Numbered from the stretch's first letter, positions 1-10,132 are shown. The stretch is 64,000 nucleotides of DNA from Flavobacterium sp. (GCA_015234525.1 JADGMX010000017.1:7910-71909), one strand, 5' to 3'. Notes: generated by a model not told the origin, from the letters alone. Made by a program: numbers and translations.

Positions 1-3
1 GGC

Positions 4-397
4 GTGGCAAGAGTAATACAAGTATTTATTGATTTGCTTAAAGAATCGCCAGAACCACGAATTGTGAACGTAAGCACAAGCGTTGGTTCGCTCACACTTC
101 AAAGCGACCCAAATTGGTTTGGTTATAACTTTGCAAAATATGCAGTTTACGGTTCGTCAAAAGCCGCTTTGAATGTGTTTTACTGTTCATTTGGCGTACG
201 AACTTCGTGACACAATGTTCAAAATCAATGCAGTTTGTCCTGGCTACACGAAAACAGATTTTACAGATTACAACGGTGGCGAAGTGGAAGAAGCAGCAAA
301 ACGCATTGTGAAATATGCTTTGTTGGATAAAGACGGAGTAACAGGAAAATTCATTAGCGAAGAAACCAATCCTGAAACAGGCGAAATTGCTTGGTAA
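4..397 (+). pseudogene. SDR-family oxidoreductase, 3' part (5' end outside window), interrupted by a frameshift
   Basis: ORFs 4..210 and 173..397 together read NVSTSVGS...YGSSKAALN then FTVHLAYELRDT.FKINAVCPGYTKTDF (SDR YxxxK region and downstream PG motif). The frame switches at a T4 run at 178-181. Confidence 0.7.
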
Positions 398-662
398 GAA
401 TGGATTGAGAAAAATACTGCCTGCTCATACCAGCAAGCAAAAATAATTACCTCGTATTAAATCAGTTGCACCTTTCTTTTCACGAAGAATATTTATCTTG
501 CTGAAAGTACGCAAGTTATTTTGTCGCAACTTCGCAAAGCCGCAAACGGATGTCTGTAATGCGCGCCACTTCCGTAATTGAAATACCAAATTCAGCAATC
601 TTGATACTTTTCTTAACGTAATCAGTCCCAATTTTGTAACCATAATTAAAACAGGAAAAATT

Positions 663-1492
663 ATGATCGCAAAAAATCAAAAAGTATGGTTTATAACCGG
701 AACTTCAAAAGGCATGGGACTTCATTTAACAAAACTCCTTTTAACATTAGGACATAATAATCGCTACCAGTAGAAATAAGGAGGCTCTTACCGCTGAAAT
801 TACTGAAAACCGAAACAATCTTTATCTCTTAAACCTGGATATTACTTCGGATATCGATGTCAGACAAGCCATTGATGATATCATGAAAAAAACAGGCAAC
901 ATTGATGTTGTGGTCAATAATGCCGGATACAGTCTTGTAGGTAGCATCGAAGAAATGAGACGAAGAATTCAGAGCAACACTTGATGTCAATCTTTTTGGA
1001 ACGGTTAATGTCCTTCGGAACGTGATGCCGCATTTGCGCAAACATAACAGCGGACATATCATCAACATTTCATCAAATGCAGGATATGTCGGATTTGAAA
1101 AAGCAGCAAGTTATAACACCGCTAAATTAGACATCATCGGACTCTCTGAAGCGTTAGCTCAAGAAGTTAAAAACTTTGGAATAAAGGTCACCGTAGTCGC
1201 ACCCGGACAATTTAGAACTGCATTTATGGATTCCATTCATTATGTAAAAAATAGAATTGCGGTTTATGGTGTCGATGAAGCAGAAAAAATGTGGGGCCGG
1301 TTCAGTGGTCAACAACCAGGCGACCCTGAAAAACTAGCTGAAATTTTAATAAAAATTACTGAGATGAATCAGCCTCCGCTACATTTGCTTTTAGGGCCGG
1401 ATACCTATGAACTGGTAACTAAAAAAAGAAAAGAAGAAGACGCCGAATTTGAACAATGGAAGCACTTAACCTTATCAACAAATTTTGATTAG
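663..1492 (+). pseudogene. SDR-family oxidoreductase split over three reading frames
   Basis: ATG at 663 gives KVWFITGTSKGMGL (TGxxxGxG). A second frame gives IATSRNKEALTAEI...VVVNNAGYSLVGSIEEM. A third frame (ORF 1022..1492 and upstream) gives EFRATLDVNLFGTVNVLRNVMPHL...INISSNAGY...YNTAK...VAPGQFRT. Frame switches lie near 755-765 and 955-965, neither in a long homopolymer. Confidence 0.75.
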
Positions 1493-1533
1493 GTAGAGGG
1501 AACAAGAGTTGCTTTTTATAAATTTGATTACAG

Positions 1534-2444
1534 ATGAAACCATACGCCATAGAATCTATACGGGAATTACATCAGCTTCTGGAGTTGCCAAGACCTAAAC
1601 ATCCTTAGATTAGTGTTATTGATTTTTCTGCTATTAAATGCTACGAGGACCAAAATTAGAAGCCGTAACTTATGCTTTCTATTGCATTGCCATAAAAAAT
1701 AATTTTAAAGGAAAAATGCGCTATGGTCAGCAACATTACGATTTTGACCAAGGCACGATGAGTTTTTTTGCACCCAATCAGGTAGTAATTAATGAAATTC
1801 GGGATGATTGGGATCTAAATGGACTCTGGTTGGTCATCATCCTGATTTCTTCCTGCAGGTTCCCATTAGTAAAAGATATTAAGAAATTTGGATTTTTCTC
1901 CTATGCCGTCAATGAAGCCTTGCACCTTTCCGGAGATGAAGAATCTACCATCAATCAGCTTTTGACAACACTTTCCAAGGAAAGCTAGATATCAACCGAT
2001 TTATTTTCACATCAAATCATAATCAAGCAAATCGAACTGCTACTCAACTATTGCAACAGGTTCTGTCACCGACAATTCCTAACCAGAGAGCAGGCGAACA
2101 GTAACTTTCTAGCTAAATTCGAAAGATTACTCGACGAATATTTCGATAATGATCTGACTGAAGTCGACGGGATTCCAAGTATTTCTTATTTTTCTGAAAG
2201 ATTAAATTTATCGCAAAATTATTTGAGCGATATGTTACGAAGTATAACCGGTCAAAGTGCTCAACAGCATATTCAACAGAAAGTAATTGAGTCTGCCAAA
2301 GAATTACTTGCCAATTCGGCACTTAATGTTTCGCAAATTGCCTATCAATTAGGTTTTGAGCACCCACAATCATTTCATAAGTTATTTAGAAATAAAACAC
2401 AATTATCACCGCTAGAATACCAGACTAATTTTAAAATAAACTAA
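1534..2444 (+). pseudogene. AraC-family transcriptional regulator with an in-frame stop and several frameshifts
   Basis: ATG 1534 gives MKPYAIESIRELHQLLELPRPKHP, then TAG where Leu is expected, then ISVIDFSAIKCYEDQ. Frame changes occur at the A-run near 1646 and twice more around 1830-1870 (HPDFF in another frame). The C-terminal HTH is intact in ORF 2223..2444 (SQIAYQLGFEHPQSFHKLFRNKTQLSPLEY). Confidence 0.75.
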
Positions 2445-2510
2445 AACACCACCAACAGCAATAAAAAATAATCGCCTCGTTTTCAGGCAACACGAGCTTA
2501 AACAAAATTC

Positions 2511-3011
2511 TCAATATTTGATCGCAACGATTTTAAATTGCCTTTCCCCTTTTTCCAGTTTCAGCGTTACAACATCATCAACTTTCCGATCTATAAAAAT
2601 TTTAGCGATAGGTGACGTAAACGCGATTTTCCTTTTTTTGGCGTCTGCCTCATCTACACCAACAATCTGATAATTTTGAATTTTCGCATCTGAATCAACC
2701 GTAAAGGAAACTTCAGCACCAAAACGAACCTTATTTGTTGGTTGCTTTGAAAGGTCTACTATTTTCGCCGTCGAAATTCGATTAAGCAACAATTGTAATT
2801 TGGCATTAATAAAATTTGCGGTAATGCGCTTCTCATTTTCATCTGCGATTGCAAGATTGTCACGCTCATAAATCATTTTATCACGTTCCGCCAGTAACTC
2901 GGCATAGCCAATCTCTGTAACGTAATTTACAGTACCGGGAGGTAGATCGGCACGCGGCGGAATCAGTGGCAATTCCTCCTGATCACTTTCCTTTACAAAT
3001 CCTCTACTCAT
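2511..3011 (-). CDS. GreA/GreB-family transcription elongation factor-like protein
   Basis: 166 aa. Coiled-coil N-terminal part followed by a GreA/B C-terminal-like segment (VRFGAEVSF...YQIVGVDEAD...ISFTSPIAK..IDRKVDDVV). Confidence 0.7.
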   Translation of the reverse strand: MSRGFVKESDQEELPLIPPRADLPPGTVNYVTEIGYAELLAERDKMIYERDNLAIADENEKRITANFINAKLQLLLNRISTAKIVDLSKQPTNKVRFGAEVSFTVDSDAKIQNYQIVGVDEADAKKRKIAFTSPIAKIFIDRKVDDVVTLKLEKGERQFKIVAIKY

Positions 3012-3301
3012 GATTTTCAGTATATTAGTTTCTCACTTTACTTAAAATTAACGATATGATTTAGTTTTAAAAAATTTTATAAATAATCTTAACGATTTTA
3101 ATAAAAATGCTTTCAACCAAATCTGCTCAAATATTTCGTAGGAAGTAACAACTACTACAGCCCGATTCCTGCATTTTTCTTAACCAAAACATTTTTCTAT
3201 CATTTATATTAATAACTTGCCGATTGTAAGCATTTTAATCTCCGAAATTCGGCATATGCAGACACCATGTTAATCGCACGCATAACATCAAATACCGACC
3301 T

Positions 3302-4086
3302 ATGAAGAAACTTACGATATACCCTTCAATTTTGTTTTGGGCAACAGTATCTTTCAGTCAGTCGTTCGTACTGCAGCATCATTTTATTGAAGGTAATGCA
3401 ACTCTTATCGACCTAGATGTATCAGGAAAGAAATACATGAATCATTGACCGAGCGTTGGTACCGTTAGTGCGATTAATGAACACATATCCGATTTCTAGG
3501 TTTGGGTCAGCGTTCAGCAGTTTTTCTGATATGTGAGTCCGATACACACGGAATTCTGCCAATTGGCGGCATCTCGGAAACTATTTTTGCAAACGACAAT
3601 CAAATCGAATTGGTTTACTCAACTCTCGACGTTTATTTATTAGACAGCTATTGGCCAGAAAGTCATATTATTAACGAATCAGGAGAAATACGATTCTCTC
3701 AACAACAAACTAATGCTTTGATTCTCGATAATTCTACCGGAATTCCACTGCTTATTTCACAGATTAATTACGGTGATTTCGGTCAATTCACCCACGAATC
3801 TAAGATATTTTCTATTGCTACTACGGCAGGAAATGCGGATTTTACAGCCAATCAAACAATACTTTTTCCGAATCCGGCATCAAGCGTTTTCGAAATTAAA
3901 TCTACAGATCGTGGAATAACATCTCTTGAAATTATTGATTTACAGGGAAAAATTGTCGATCGGGTTGATCATATTGAGATTCATTCATATAATAACGTGA
4001 AAGTCTCAACAGGCATGTATTACATCCGCCTCACCGATTCAGAGCACAAACAAAGTATTCATAAAATACTATTTAACGGAAATTAG
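3302..4086 (+). pseudogene. Secreted protein with T9SS C-terminal sorting domain, N-terminal part disrupted
   Basis: ATG 3302 gives a signal peptide (MKKLTIYPSILFWATVSFSQS) and stops at 3446-3448. The rest resumes in ORF 3502..4086, whose C-terminus (ILFPNPASSVFEIK...IIDLQGKIV...GMYYIRLTD) fits the Por/T9SS type-A CTD pattern. Confidence 0.6.
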
Positions 4087-4207
4087 AATTGCTCGCCTAA
4101 TCAGTTTTTGCAGTAAGTTTCGTTTCCCTAGGAACGATATATCTTGACATCGGCTGAAAGTACTTTTTCGCAGACAACTAGTCGCCGTAATTGACGCATA
4201 GATTTAA

Positions 4208-4576
4208 TCACAACTCGTCAGCCAATTGCTCTTCGGGAAATACAAACGCATTATCAGAGAAATCGAGGGTCTCCGAATTAAATATATACTTTTCAACCGA
4301 CTCAATGCCGCGCAACAATAGCAACTCAGTTGAATATTTTCGGCTCGTGGCCAACACAAATCCGTCCTTTGTCAGCCTGAAAAAGTATTTTCCGCCCGCA
4401 TTCCGAATCTTCGTAATCGAAAACCGACTCAAATCCGCTCTGATCGCATCAATGAATTTTTCGCAATCCGACTTTTGCTTAAATCCGATACTAGTAAAAA
4501 CAGTCTTCCCTTTTCGCGTTGCAAAACTGAATTTATAATCTCCATTTAACCGATTGCTGATCACAAAAGTTCCCAT
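4208..4576 (-). CDS. YegP/DUF1508-family protein (two repeats)
   Basis: MGTFVISNRLNGDYKFSFATRKGKTVFTSIGFKQKSDCEKFIDAIR plus a second GGKYFFRLTKDGFVLATSRKYST repeat. The ORF is open to 4678, but the internal Met at 4576 matches the family's usual size. Confidence 0.65.
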   Translation of the reverse strand: MGTFVISNRLNGDYKFSFATRKGKTVFTSIGFKQKSDCEKFIDAIRADLSRFSITKIRNAGGKYFFRLTKDGFVLATSRKYSTELLLLRGIESVEKYIFNSETLDFSDNAFVFPEEQLADEL

Positions 4577-4813
4577 TGTACCAATTCCATTTTCGGCAAA
4601 ACTACTAATTATAATACTCACGATCCAGCCTGAAATCACCGACTGTTGAAAAGTTATCAAAGGTTCTCCAATAATCACAAAGCCTATAAAAGACCAGATA
4701 TTTCATGACACAAAATTCGGCATTGCTGGTTTCTAAACGATTAAAGTTACGATCTCATATTTTTTTCTACCTTTAATTCGCATCAGTTGTTTTAACTCCC
4801 AACCAAAACACGT

Positions 4814-5488
4814 ATGAAACTACTACTATTCATCCTTAGCTTTTACACCTTCGCAACACATGGTCAGAAAAAGTTGGATCTCGAATCGTTTCATCTGCTG
4901 GCAAGGCCAGATTCCGTAGTTACATCAACTCCAGATGGAATCATCTATGTTACAACCGACAGCAACTCAAAGCTCTACTCCTGGATCGTTCCAAAAGTCG
5001 AAACTAAATTCGCAAGCGCCTACTCCACGCTTCTCGAGAGTTTCAAAAAGCAAAACCCGCAGCCGGTCAAAAAGCATAAGATCAAAAACTTTCCAAAATC
5101 GTGGAATTCCGTTTATTCCTATAAAGGAAAATACTATTTGTACTCGCCGCCCGACTGGAGTTCGAATTCGGGTTTTTACATTTCTGAGTCGGTCATCTAC
5201 ATCACAAGCTCTGATCCGTCAGATTTATACGTCATCACTGATTGCACGGTCACTAGTAAATTCGAGGCTTCATTTAACGTGGTGAATTACTTCGGTGACG
5301 CCAAACACATTTCCATCAAAGCTATCAAACCAGAAATCGGCATCTACTCATGGCAAATTTTTGACGACAACAATAACGAAGAAGCACAATTCATCATGCA
5401 AAACTCGGATCTTGTCAAAAAATTACCAATGATTGTTTGCGATTGCGGCGAGAAAAAATGCGACCTCGAATTCGATTTTACAAACTGA
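4814..5488 (+). CDS. Hypothetical secreted protein
   Basis: 224-aa ORF with an N-terminal signal peptide (MKLLLFILSFYTFATHG). No recognised domain. Confidence 0.55.
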   Translation: MKLLLFILSFYTFATHGQKKLDLESFHLLARPDSVVTSTPDGIIYVTTDSNSKLYSWIVPKVETKFASAYSTLLESFKKQNPQPVKKHKIKNFPKSWNSVYSYKGKYYLYSPPDWSSNSGFYISESVIYITSSDPSDLYVITDCTVTSKFEASFNVVNYFGDAKHISIKAIKPEIGIYSWQIFDDNNNEEAQFIMQNSDLVKKLPMIVCDCGEKKCDLEFDFTN

Positions 5489-5507
5489 TTGCAACCAACA
5501 ATTACTG

Positions 5508-6350
5508 ATGAAGTACATACTTACATTAATAGCAGTTACATTTCAGCTAAGCCTGGTCGCCCAACAAACGTGTGATTGCAACGCCGATCTGCGTTTTGTC
5601 ATCGAAAAAATTGAAAACGAACACCCCGGGTTTTCGAACAACGTGAACCGCTCCAACATTGCAACTTACACCCGTTTAAAGGATAGTTTGTCAGCAAAAA
5701 CCGCAAACATTTCAAAGGATGATTGCCAGAAAATTATCCGGAAATACCTCAGTTTCATTAAAGACAAGCACCTTCAAATTTATGATCCACGCCTTGTCGA
5801 TGAAACCAAACATGAAAATAATCTCCTCACAAACCGACTCCCGGAATATCAAAATCTCAGCCCGACCACCGCATATATCAAAGTGCCGAGTTTCGATTAC
5901 CGGCTTTGGAAACAGCTTGATCAGTTCTACGACAGCATTACGCCAATTCTAAAGTCAAAGAAGGCGATCATACTTGACATCAGAAACAACAGCGGCGGCG
6001 GCGAACGAATGTACAATCAGCTTGTCAAAATCCTAAAAACAAAAGCTAAAACCTCAAAAATCGGCGTCATATTTAATAAAAACTGCGCAAGCGCTTGCGA
6101 GGAAGTTGCCCTGATCGCTACCAATTCGAAGCACATTCAAACTTTTGGCGAAAACACAAACGGCCAATTCGCATACGGGTTTATCAAAAGCTATAGAACT
6201 CCTGAATGCGGATTCAAATTCATAATCACCACCAAAAAATACCCAAAACGACAGCAATATGAATTTATCGGTGTCGCACCTGAAGTTGCTCTCGACAAAA
6301 ACAGCGAAAGTCAGTGGATTTCCATCGTTGCCGAAAAATTAAACCAATAA
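5508..6350 (+). CDS. S41-family (tail-specific-protease-like) peptidase
   Basis: Signal peptide MKYILTLIAVTFQLSLVAQ from the internal ATG at 5508. ILDIRNNSGGGE motif typical of peptidase S41. Confidence 0.7.
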   Translation: MKYILTLIAVTFQLSLVAQQTCDCNADLRFVIEKIENEHPGFSNNVNRSNIATYTRLKDSLSAKTANISKDDCQKIIRKYLSFIKDKHLQIYDPRLVDETKHENNLLTNRLPEYQNLSPTTAYIKVPSFDYRLWKQLDQFYDSITPILKSKKAIILDIRNNSGGGERMYNQLVKILKTKAKTSKIGVIFNKNCASACEEVALIATNSKHIQTFGENTNGQFAYGFIKSYRTPECGFKFIITTKKYPKRQQYEFIGVAPEVALDKNSESQWISIVAEKLNQ

Positions 6351-6356
6351 CCATTT

Positions 6357-6419
6357 GGGCGTTCCCTCCGGTCGCGCTGTCCGCAGTGCACGGCACTTTG
6401 CTCCCATCGCTAACGCGGC
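6357..6419 (-). repeat. Intergenic GC-rich repeat, short variant (copy 1)
   Basis: GGGCGTTCCCTCCGGTCGCGCTGTCCGC-AGTGCacgGCACT-TTGCTCCCATCGCTAACGCGGC. It is the reverse complement of the GCGTTAGGGATGG...AGCGGACAGCCCGG...AACGCCC pattern seen at 7997, 10226 and 20535. It begins 7 nt after the S41 stop. Confidence 0.85.
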
Positions 6420-6544
6420 TTTTCGGGAATTTTAGTCAGTCCGATTCGATTGAATCCCATAACGGCCGCAACTTTCCACAGATCTTCCCTAATTTTTCCG
6501 ACATTAACTTTTACCTTAGCGGTTCAGCTTAAAATCAACTAAAA

Positions 6545-7816
6545 GTGAAGGTCAGACAAAAACGGAAACTCATCACCTACCTCAACATTTTAGACCAACC
6601 CATAAAGTTCAACCCTTTTGTATTTAGTCGCAGTTTTCTTCTTTGGGCGTTGTTAGGACTTATCGGCGGACTCATAGCAGGCTCTTATTGGATTGTCCTC
6701 GAGTATTTAATGCACCAACTAGCCTTCTTTCAAGGTTGGTACGTCATTCCAATCATGGCAATTTCAGGCTTACTTGCCGGTCTTGTCATCCACTTTTTTG
6801 GCGATCCGGGCGAAATCCACCTCATTGTAAACAACATCCGATTCAACAAAGGAAAACTCGAACCTAAAAACAATCCTTCAATGGTGCTCTCGTCACTGCT
6901 TTGTGTGGCATCCGGCGGAAGTCTCGGTCCCGAAGCGCCACTGGTTCAAGTCACCGGATCAACCGGAACCTATATCGGAAAATTATTCCGCCTTAAAGGC
7001 GAAGAACTCCGATCACTCAGCATCGCCGGAATGGCGTCGGGATTTACAGCCCTTTTTGGCGCTCCGCTTGGCGGAAGTCTTTTTGCTCTTGAAATCCTAC
7101 ATCACAAACACGCCGTCGAATACTACAAAGCAATCATTCCCGCGTTTGTAGCAAGCTGTTTTAGCTACCTTATTTTTGCCATCATCGTCCACCTCGGACT
7201 TGGACCAATCTGGAATCTTGCGGCATACGAATATTCAGGTTTGTTTGATTTCGGATACGCGGTTTTGTTCGCGATTGTCGGTGCAGCTTTCGGTTGGATT
7301 TTTATCTATATCGTTAAGTTCTTCAAAACCCTTTTCGAAAAACGGCCGATCCCGATATACGTCAAAACGCTAATCGGCGGACTCATTCTGGGCATTATCG
7401 CTTACTACCTCCCGATTGTGCGCTACTTTGGCCATCACGAAATTAATACGCTAATCGCCGGCAAGTTTTCGCTTCAGTTCCTTTTTGCGGTTCTCCTGTT
7501 TAAAATCATTGCAATCGCAGTAACGGTAACATCAGGTTGGCGCGGCGGATTTATTATTCCGCTTTTCTTTGTGGGCACAACCCTGGGCCTTATTCTCCAC
7601 AACCTGTTTCCGTCTATAAATCTGACTTTGGCAATTGTAAGTTGCATGGCGGCAATCAATGCGTGTGTAACCAGAACGCCAATGAGCACCACCATTTTAT
7701 TGGCAACCCTTACCGGTTTTGGCCATTTCGTTCCCATTTTATTCGCAAGTTTAACCGGCTATTTCCTGGCACCGCGAATTCCATTTATCAGTTCGCAACT
7801 CGACAAAGAAGCTTAG
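6545..7816 (+). CDS. ClC-family voltage-gated chloride/anion channel
   Basis: 423 aa and polytopic. GGSLGPEAP, GAPLGGSLFALE and GGFIIPLFF motifs correspond to ClC selectivity-filter segments. GTG start. Confidence 0.85.
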   Translation: MKVRQKRKLITYLNILDQPIKFNPFVFSRSFLLWALLGLIGGLIAGSYWIVLEYLMHQLAFFQGWYVIPIMAISGLLAGLVIHFFGDPGEIHLIVNNIRFNKGKLEPKNNPSMVLSSLLCVASGGSLGPEAPLVQVTGSTGTYIGKLFRLKGEELRSLSIAGMASGFTALFGAPLGGSLFALEILHHKHAVEYYKAIIPAFVASCFSYLIFAIIVHLGLGPIWNLAAYEYSGLFDFGYAVLFAIVGAAFGWIFIYIVKFFKTLFEKRPIPIYVKTLIGGLILGIIAYYLPIVRYFGHHEINTLIAGKFSLQFLFAVLLFKIIAIAVTVTSGWRGGFIIPLFFVGTTLGLILHNLFPSINLTLAIVSCMAAINACVTRTPMSTTILLATLTGFGHFVPILFASLTGYFLAPRIPFISSQLDKEA

Positions 7817-7996
7817 AAATCTTCTCGCGCGATTTAAATTTGGCGGTTCTCTGCCTATTTTTATGTAATTGGCGGGAGATTGTTGTGGCAGTTTTACAAC
7901 ATATTTTCTAAGAACTGTTCGGTTGAGACTCGCGTAGCATTTACCCAACTTTGTAAGAATTTGAATCAGAACCGTTAACATTCAACGCATTGAACG

Positions 7997-8075
7997 GCCC
8001 GCGTTAGGGATGGACAGCGATATCCCGCAGCGCCAGCAAGGATAAAGCAGACAGCCCGGGCCGCAGGTAACGCCC
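7997..8075 (+). repeat. Intergenic GC-rich repeat (copy 2)
   Basis: GGCCCGCGTTAGGGATGGACAGCGATATCC-cgcagcgccagcaa-GGATAAAGCAGACAGCCCGGGCCGCAGGTAACGCCC. Confidence 0.85.
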
Positions 8076-8277
8076 AAATTCCTCGCAAAATAAAATCGGC
8101 TGATCTAAATTGTCGCGCTCCTTTTTCACTGATTTGAAATTTTAACAAAAATTACTAAAAAAATGTTATTGTTTCTCGCCAAATTCGTTTATGGCTTTAA
8201 TATTCTTATCTTGCCGCACCTCGCAGTCAAGGCTGTTTAATTGTTAAGAATTAGTTCCATATAAAAATTTACAAGAC

Positions 8278-8856
8278 ATGTTTAGATTAATGGCTGGTGA
8301 GGAATTTAGAGAGTTTGAGTTTGATCGGCCTCGAAAATTCCGTTATGCTATCTCAAATCGCGGTAGACTTGTCAGTTTTACAGACAATATTCGCGAAGGC
8401 CGTCTACTTAAAGGCTCAAGTGTTGAAGGTTATCCGGCAATAAATTACCAAAATCGTCAGCCGGGCGGCGCCAAGAACAAGTATCTCTTGCTTCATAAAA
8501 TCATTGCTGAAAAATTTCTCGAAAAACCTACGGAAGAGCATAAATTCGTGATCCATCTCGACCACGACCACGCCCACAACGATATTTCGAATCTTCGTTG
8601 GGTGACAAAAGAAGAACGTTTGGCGCATCATAAGACGAGTCCGCATGTGATTCAGGCCCGTAAAAACCTCATCGAACACAACCTGAAATCGAACGGTCAT
8701 AAGCTGTCGATTACCCAAGTGATTCACCTTAAAAAACTCATTAACGACCCTAACCGCAAAACGCGCCTTAAAATTTTGGCGAAGCGATTTAAGATCAGCG
8801 AAATGCAACTATACCGAATAAAAAGTGGTGAGAACTGGGGTCACATCCAAGTATAA
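8278..8856 (+). CDS. NUMOD4/HNH_3-type homing-endonuclease-like protein with C-terminal HTH
   Basis: YAISNRGRLVSF (NUMOD4-like), HLDHDHAHNDISNLRWVTKEE (HNH_3-like), and a C-terminal ILAKRFKISEMQLYRIKSGENWGHI helix-turn-helix. Confidence 0.75.
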   Translation: MFRLMAGEEFREFEFDRPRKFRYAISNRGRLVSFTDNIREGRLLKGSSVEGYPAINYQNRQPGGAKNKYLLLHKIIAEKFLEKPTEEHKFVIHLDHDHAHNDISNLRWVTKEERLAHHKTSPHVIQARKNLIEHNLKSNGHKLSITQVIHLKKLINDPNRKTRLKILAKRFKISEMQLYRIKSGENWGHIQV

Positions 8857-8869
8857 ATGACTTACAACT

Positions 8870-8894
8870 GCCCGTATTTTGCGGGCTTTTTTTT
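8870..8894 (+). terminator. Putative intrinsic terminator after the HNH gene
   Basis: GCCCG-tattttg-CGGGC followed by T8. Confidence 0.5.
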
Positions 8895-8930
8895 ATAGAT
8901 TTTTGTACCTTTCGGTTGGACTAAATTCCG

Positions 8931-9584
8931 ATGCTGATGAAATTATCTGACAAAGCCGCAACTATTTACGATCAGATCACTTCCGTGAATGCCAAGTTGG
9001 GCGATTTGCGACAAATTGCGAAAACCTTGAAAAAAGATCATCCGCTGGCAGTTGAACTTTGGTCGACCGGCGAATTTCATCCGCGGATGCTTGCCATATT
9101 GCTGTTTGATCCTAAGGAACTGAACCTCGAGGTAGTCGATCAATTGCTTGAAGACATCTCGATTACCGATCAAAAAAGCCATCGCAACCAGCTAACGGAT
9201 TGGTTGATGGCAAACCAGTTGCTGAAAATTAAAAAACTGATTCCCGAAATCGAAACTTGGGCAGAAGATGCTACTCCGGTTAAGCGTCGGATTTTTTGGT
9301 ATTACCAAGGCCGGTTGCGTTGGATGGGGAAACCATCGCCGGAAAACACGCCGCGTATAGTTGAACTGATCGAGAAGAAGTTGCACGACGAACATCCCGA
9401 TGTGCAATGGGCGATGAACTTTACCGCGGGTTGGATCGGAATCTATAATCCGCAATACCGCGACAGATTAATTGCTTTGGGTGAAAAGCTCGGCCTTTTC
9501 AAGGACGAAATGGTTTCGAAGAATTGTACGCCGAATTATCTTCCTGAATTTATCCGGATAGAAGTTGGAAAACGCGGAGGTTAA
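8931..9584 (+). CDS. DNA alkylation repair enzyme family (AlkD-like HEAT-repeat protein)
   Basis: 217 aa. LGDLRQIAKTLKKDHPLAVELWSTGEFHPRMLAILLFDP... and ...HPDVQWAMNFTAGWIG match the pattern of the AlkD/DNA-alkylation-repair family. Confidence 0.7.
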   Translation: MLMKLSDKAATIYDQITSVNAKLGDLRQIAKTLKKDHPLAVELWSTGEFHPRMLAILLFDPKELNLEVVDQLLEDISITDQKSHRNQLTDWLMANQLLKIKKLIPEIETWAEDATPVKRRIFWYYQGRLRWMGKPSPENTPRIVELIEKKLHDEHPDVQWAMNFTAGWIGIYNPQYRDRLIALGEKLGLFKDEMVSKNCTPNYLPEFIRIEVGKRGG

Positions 9585-9661
9585 TTCCGCTCGATTTGCT
9601 ACAACTATTTTTTCTATCTTTAAGCTGACCCAGTACAAAACGGCAACTAAAATTTGAAACT

Positions 9662-9823
9662 ATGTTGTATCCTTATATTGCAATCGGATTGATAGCGGTT
9701 TTTTTGATATACCTTTTGTATCATCTGATCCGGAAAGACAAGCAAAAAGTACGAGTAGTTTTATTGCCGGGCTTGTTTTTCATAGTCACATGGGTAATAA
9801 TCTATTATTCTTTTTTGCGATAA
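9662..9823 (+). CDS. Possible small membrane protein (53 aa)
   Basis: ATG 9662 to TAA 9821-9823 gives MLYPYIAIGLIAVFLIYLLYHLIRKDKQKVRVVLLPGLFFIVTWVIIYYSFLR, two hydrophobic helices. It is below the ORF-track size cut-off. Confidence 0.25.
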   Translation: MLYPYIAIGLIAVFLIYLLYHLIRKDKQKVRVVLLPGLFFIVTWVIIYYSFLR

Positions 9824-9925
9824 AGTACTACTTTTCCTAAAATCATATAAATTCAAACGAGATTGATGTAAAGAATTACCGTTGCTGGGATAGTAATTTA
9901 GCCATACTAACTAAAAACTAACACA

Positions 9926-10132
9926 ATGGACTCAAATTACATCATCAACCGACTAAAATCTACTCCGTACAAATTTCCAACTGCAGAAGTTTTAAGAAAA
10001 AGACTTCAGAATTTGGAAGCTGACAAAAGGCAACAAGTAGTATCTCACTTAAAAATCGAATTGTGCAGAGAATGCAATATCGATATTTTCGAACCGCTTT
10101 CTGAGGTTGTATACCGACTTCCGGCAGCATAA
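9926..10132 (+). CDS. Hypothetical protein (68 aa)
   Basis: ORF only, no recognised motif. Confidence 0.3.
   Translation: MDSNYIINRLKSTPYKFPTAEVLRKRLQNLEADKRQQVVSHLKIELCRECNIDIFEPLSEVVYRLPAA

Noticed and set aside
3012-3301. AT-rich 290-bp spacer with a duplicated TTAACGAT octamer (about 3048 and about 3089)
   Set aside because: Short AT-rich words recur by chance in such DNA. There is no flanking structure or further copies in the window, so it is most simply a divergent promoter region.
4935-5285. Alternative-frame ORFs inside hypothetical genes (4935-5285, 5719-5952, 4191-4538)
   Set aside because: They are Ser/Arg/Thr-rich with no motifs, nested in longer ORFs that have signal peptides or recognised domains.
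6314-6532. ORFs in the track that run through the GC-rich repeats (6314-6532, 10176-10448, 14201-14404, 20373-20660, 20246-20489)
   Set aside because: Their open frames are created by the GC-rich repeat sequence itself (peptides such as …PSLTR…, …GRAVRFSL…). They have no start context and no domain signal, and the same DNA recurs in both orientations, so they are better explained as non-coding repeats.
6351-6544. Possible fluoride (crcB-motif) riboswitch upstream of the ClC channel gene
   Set aside because: ClC-F genes are often preceded by this riboswitch, but I could not find the conserved elements I recall (…GGnGAUGG… / …CUGAUGAUGCC…). The region is instead occupied by repeat copy 1.
7817-7996. 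Small hairpins downstream of the ClC gene (GTTGT…ACAAC, TTCAA-cgca-TTGAA)
   Set aside because: The stems are only 5 bp, with no U-tract and no recurrence elsewhere in the window, so they cannot be distinguished from chance.
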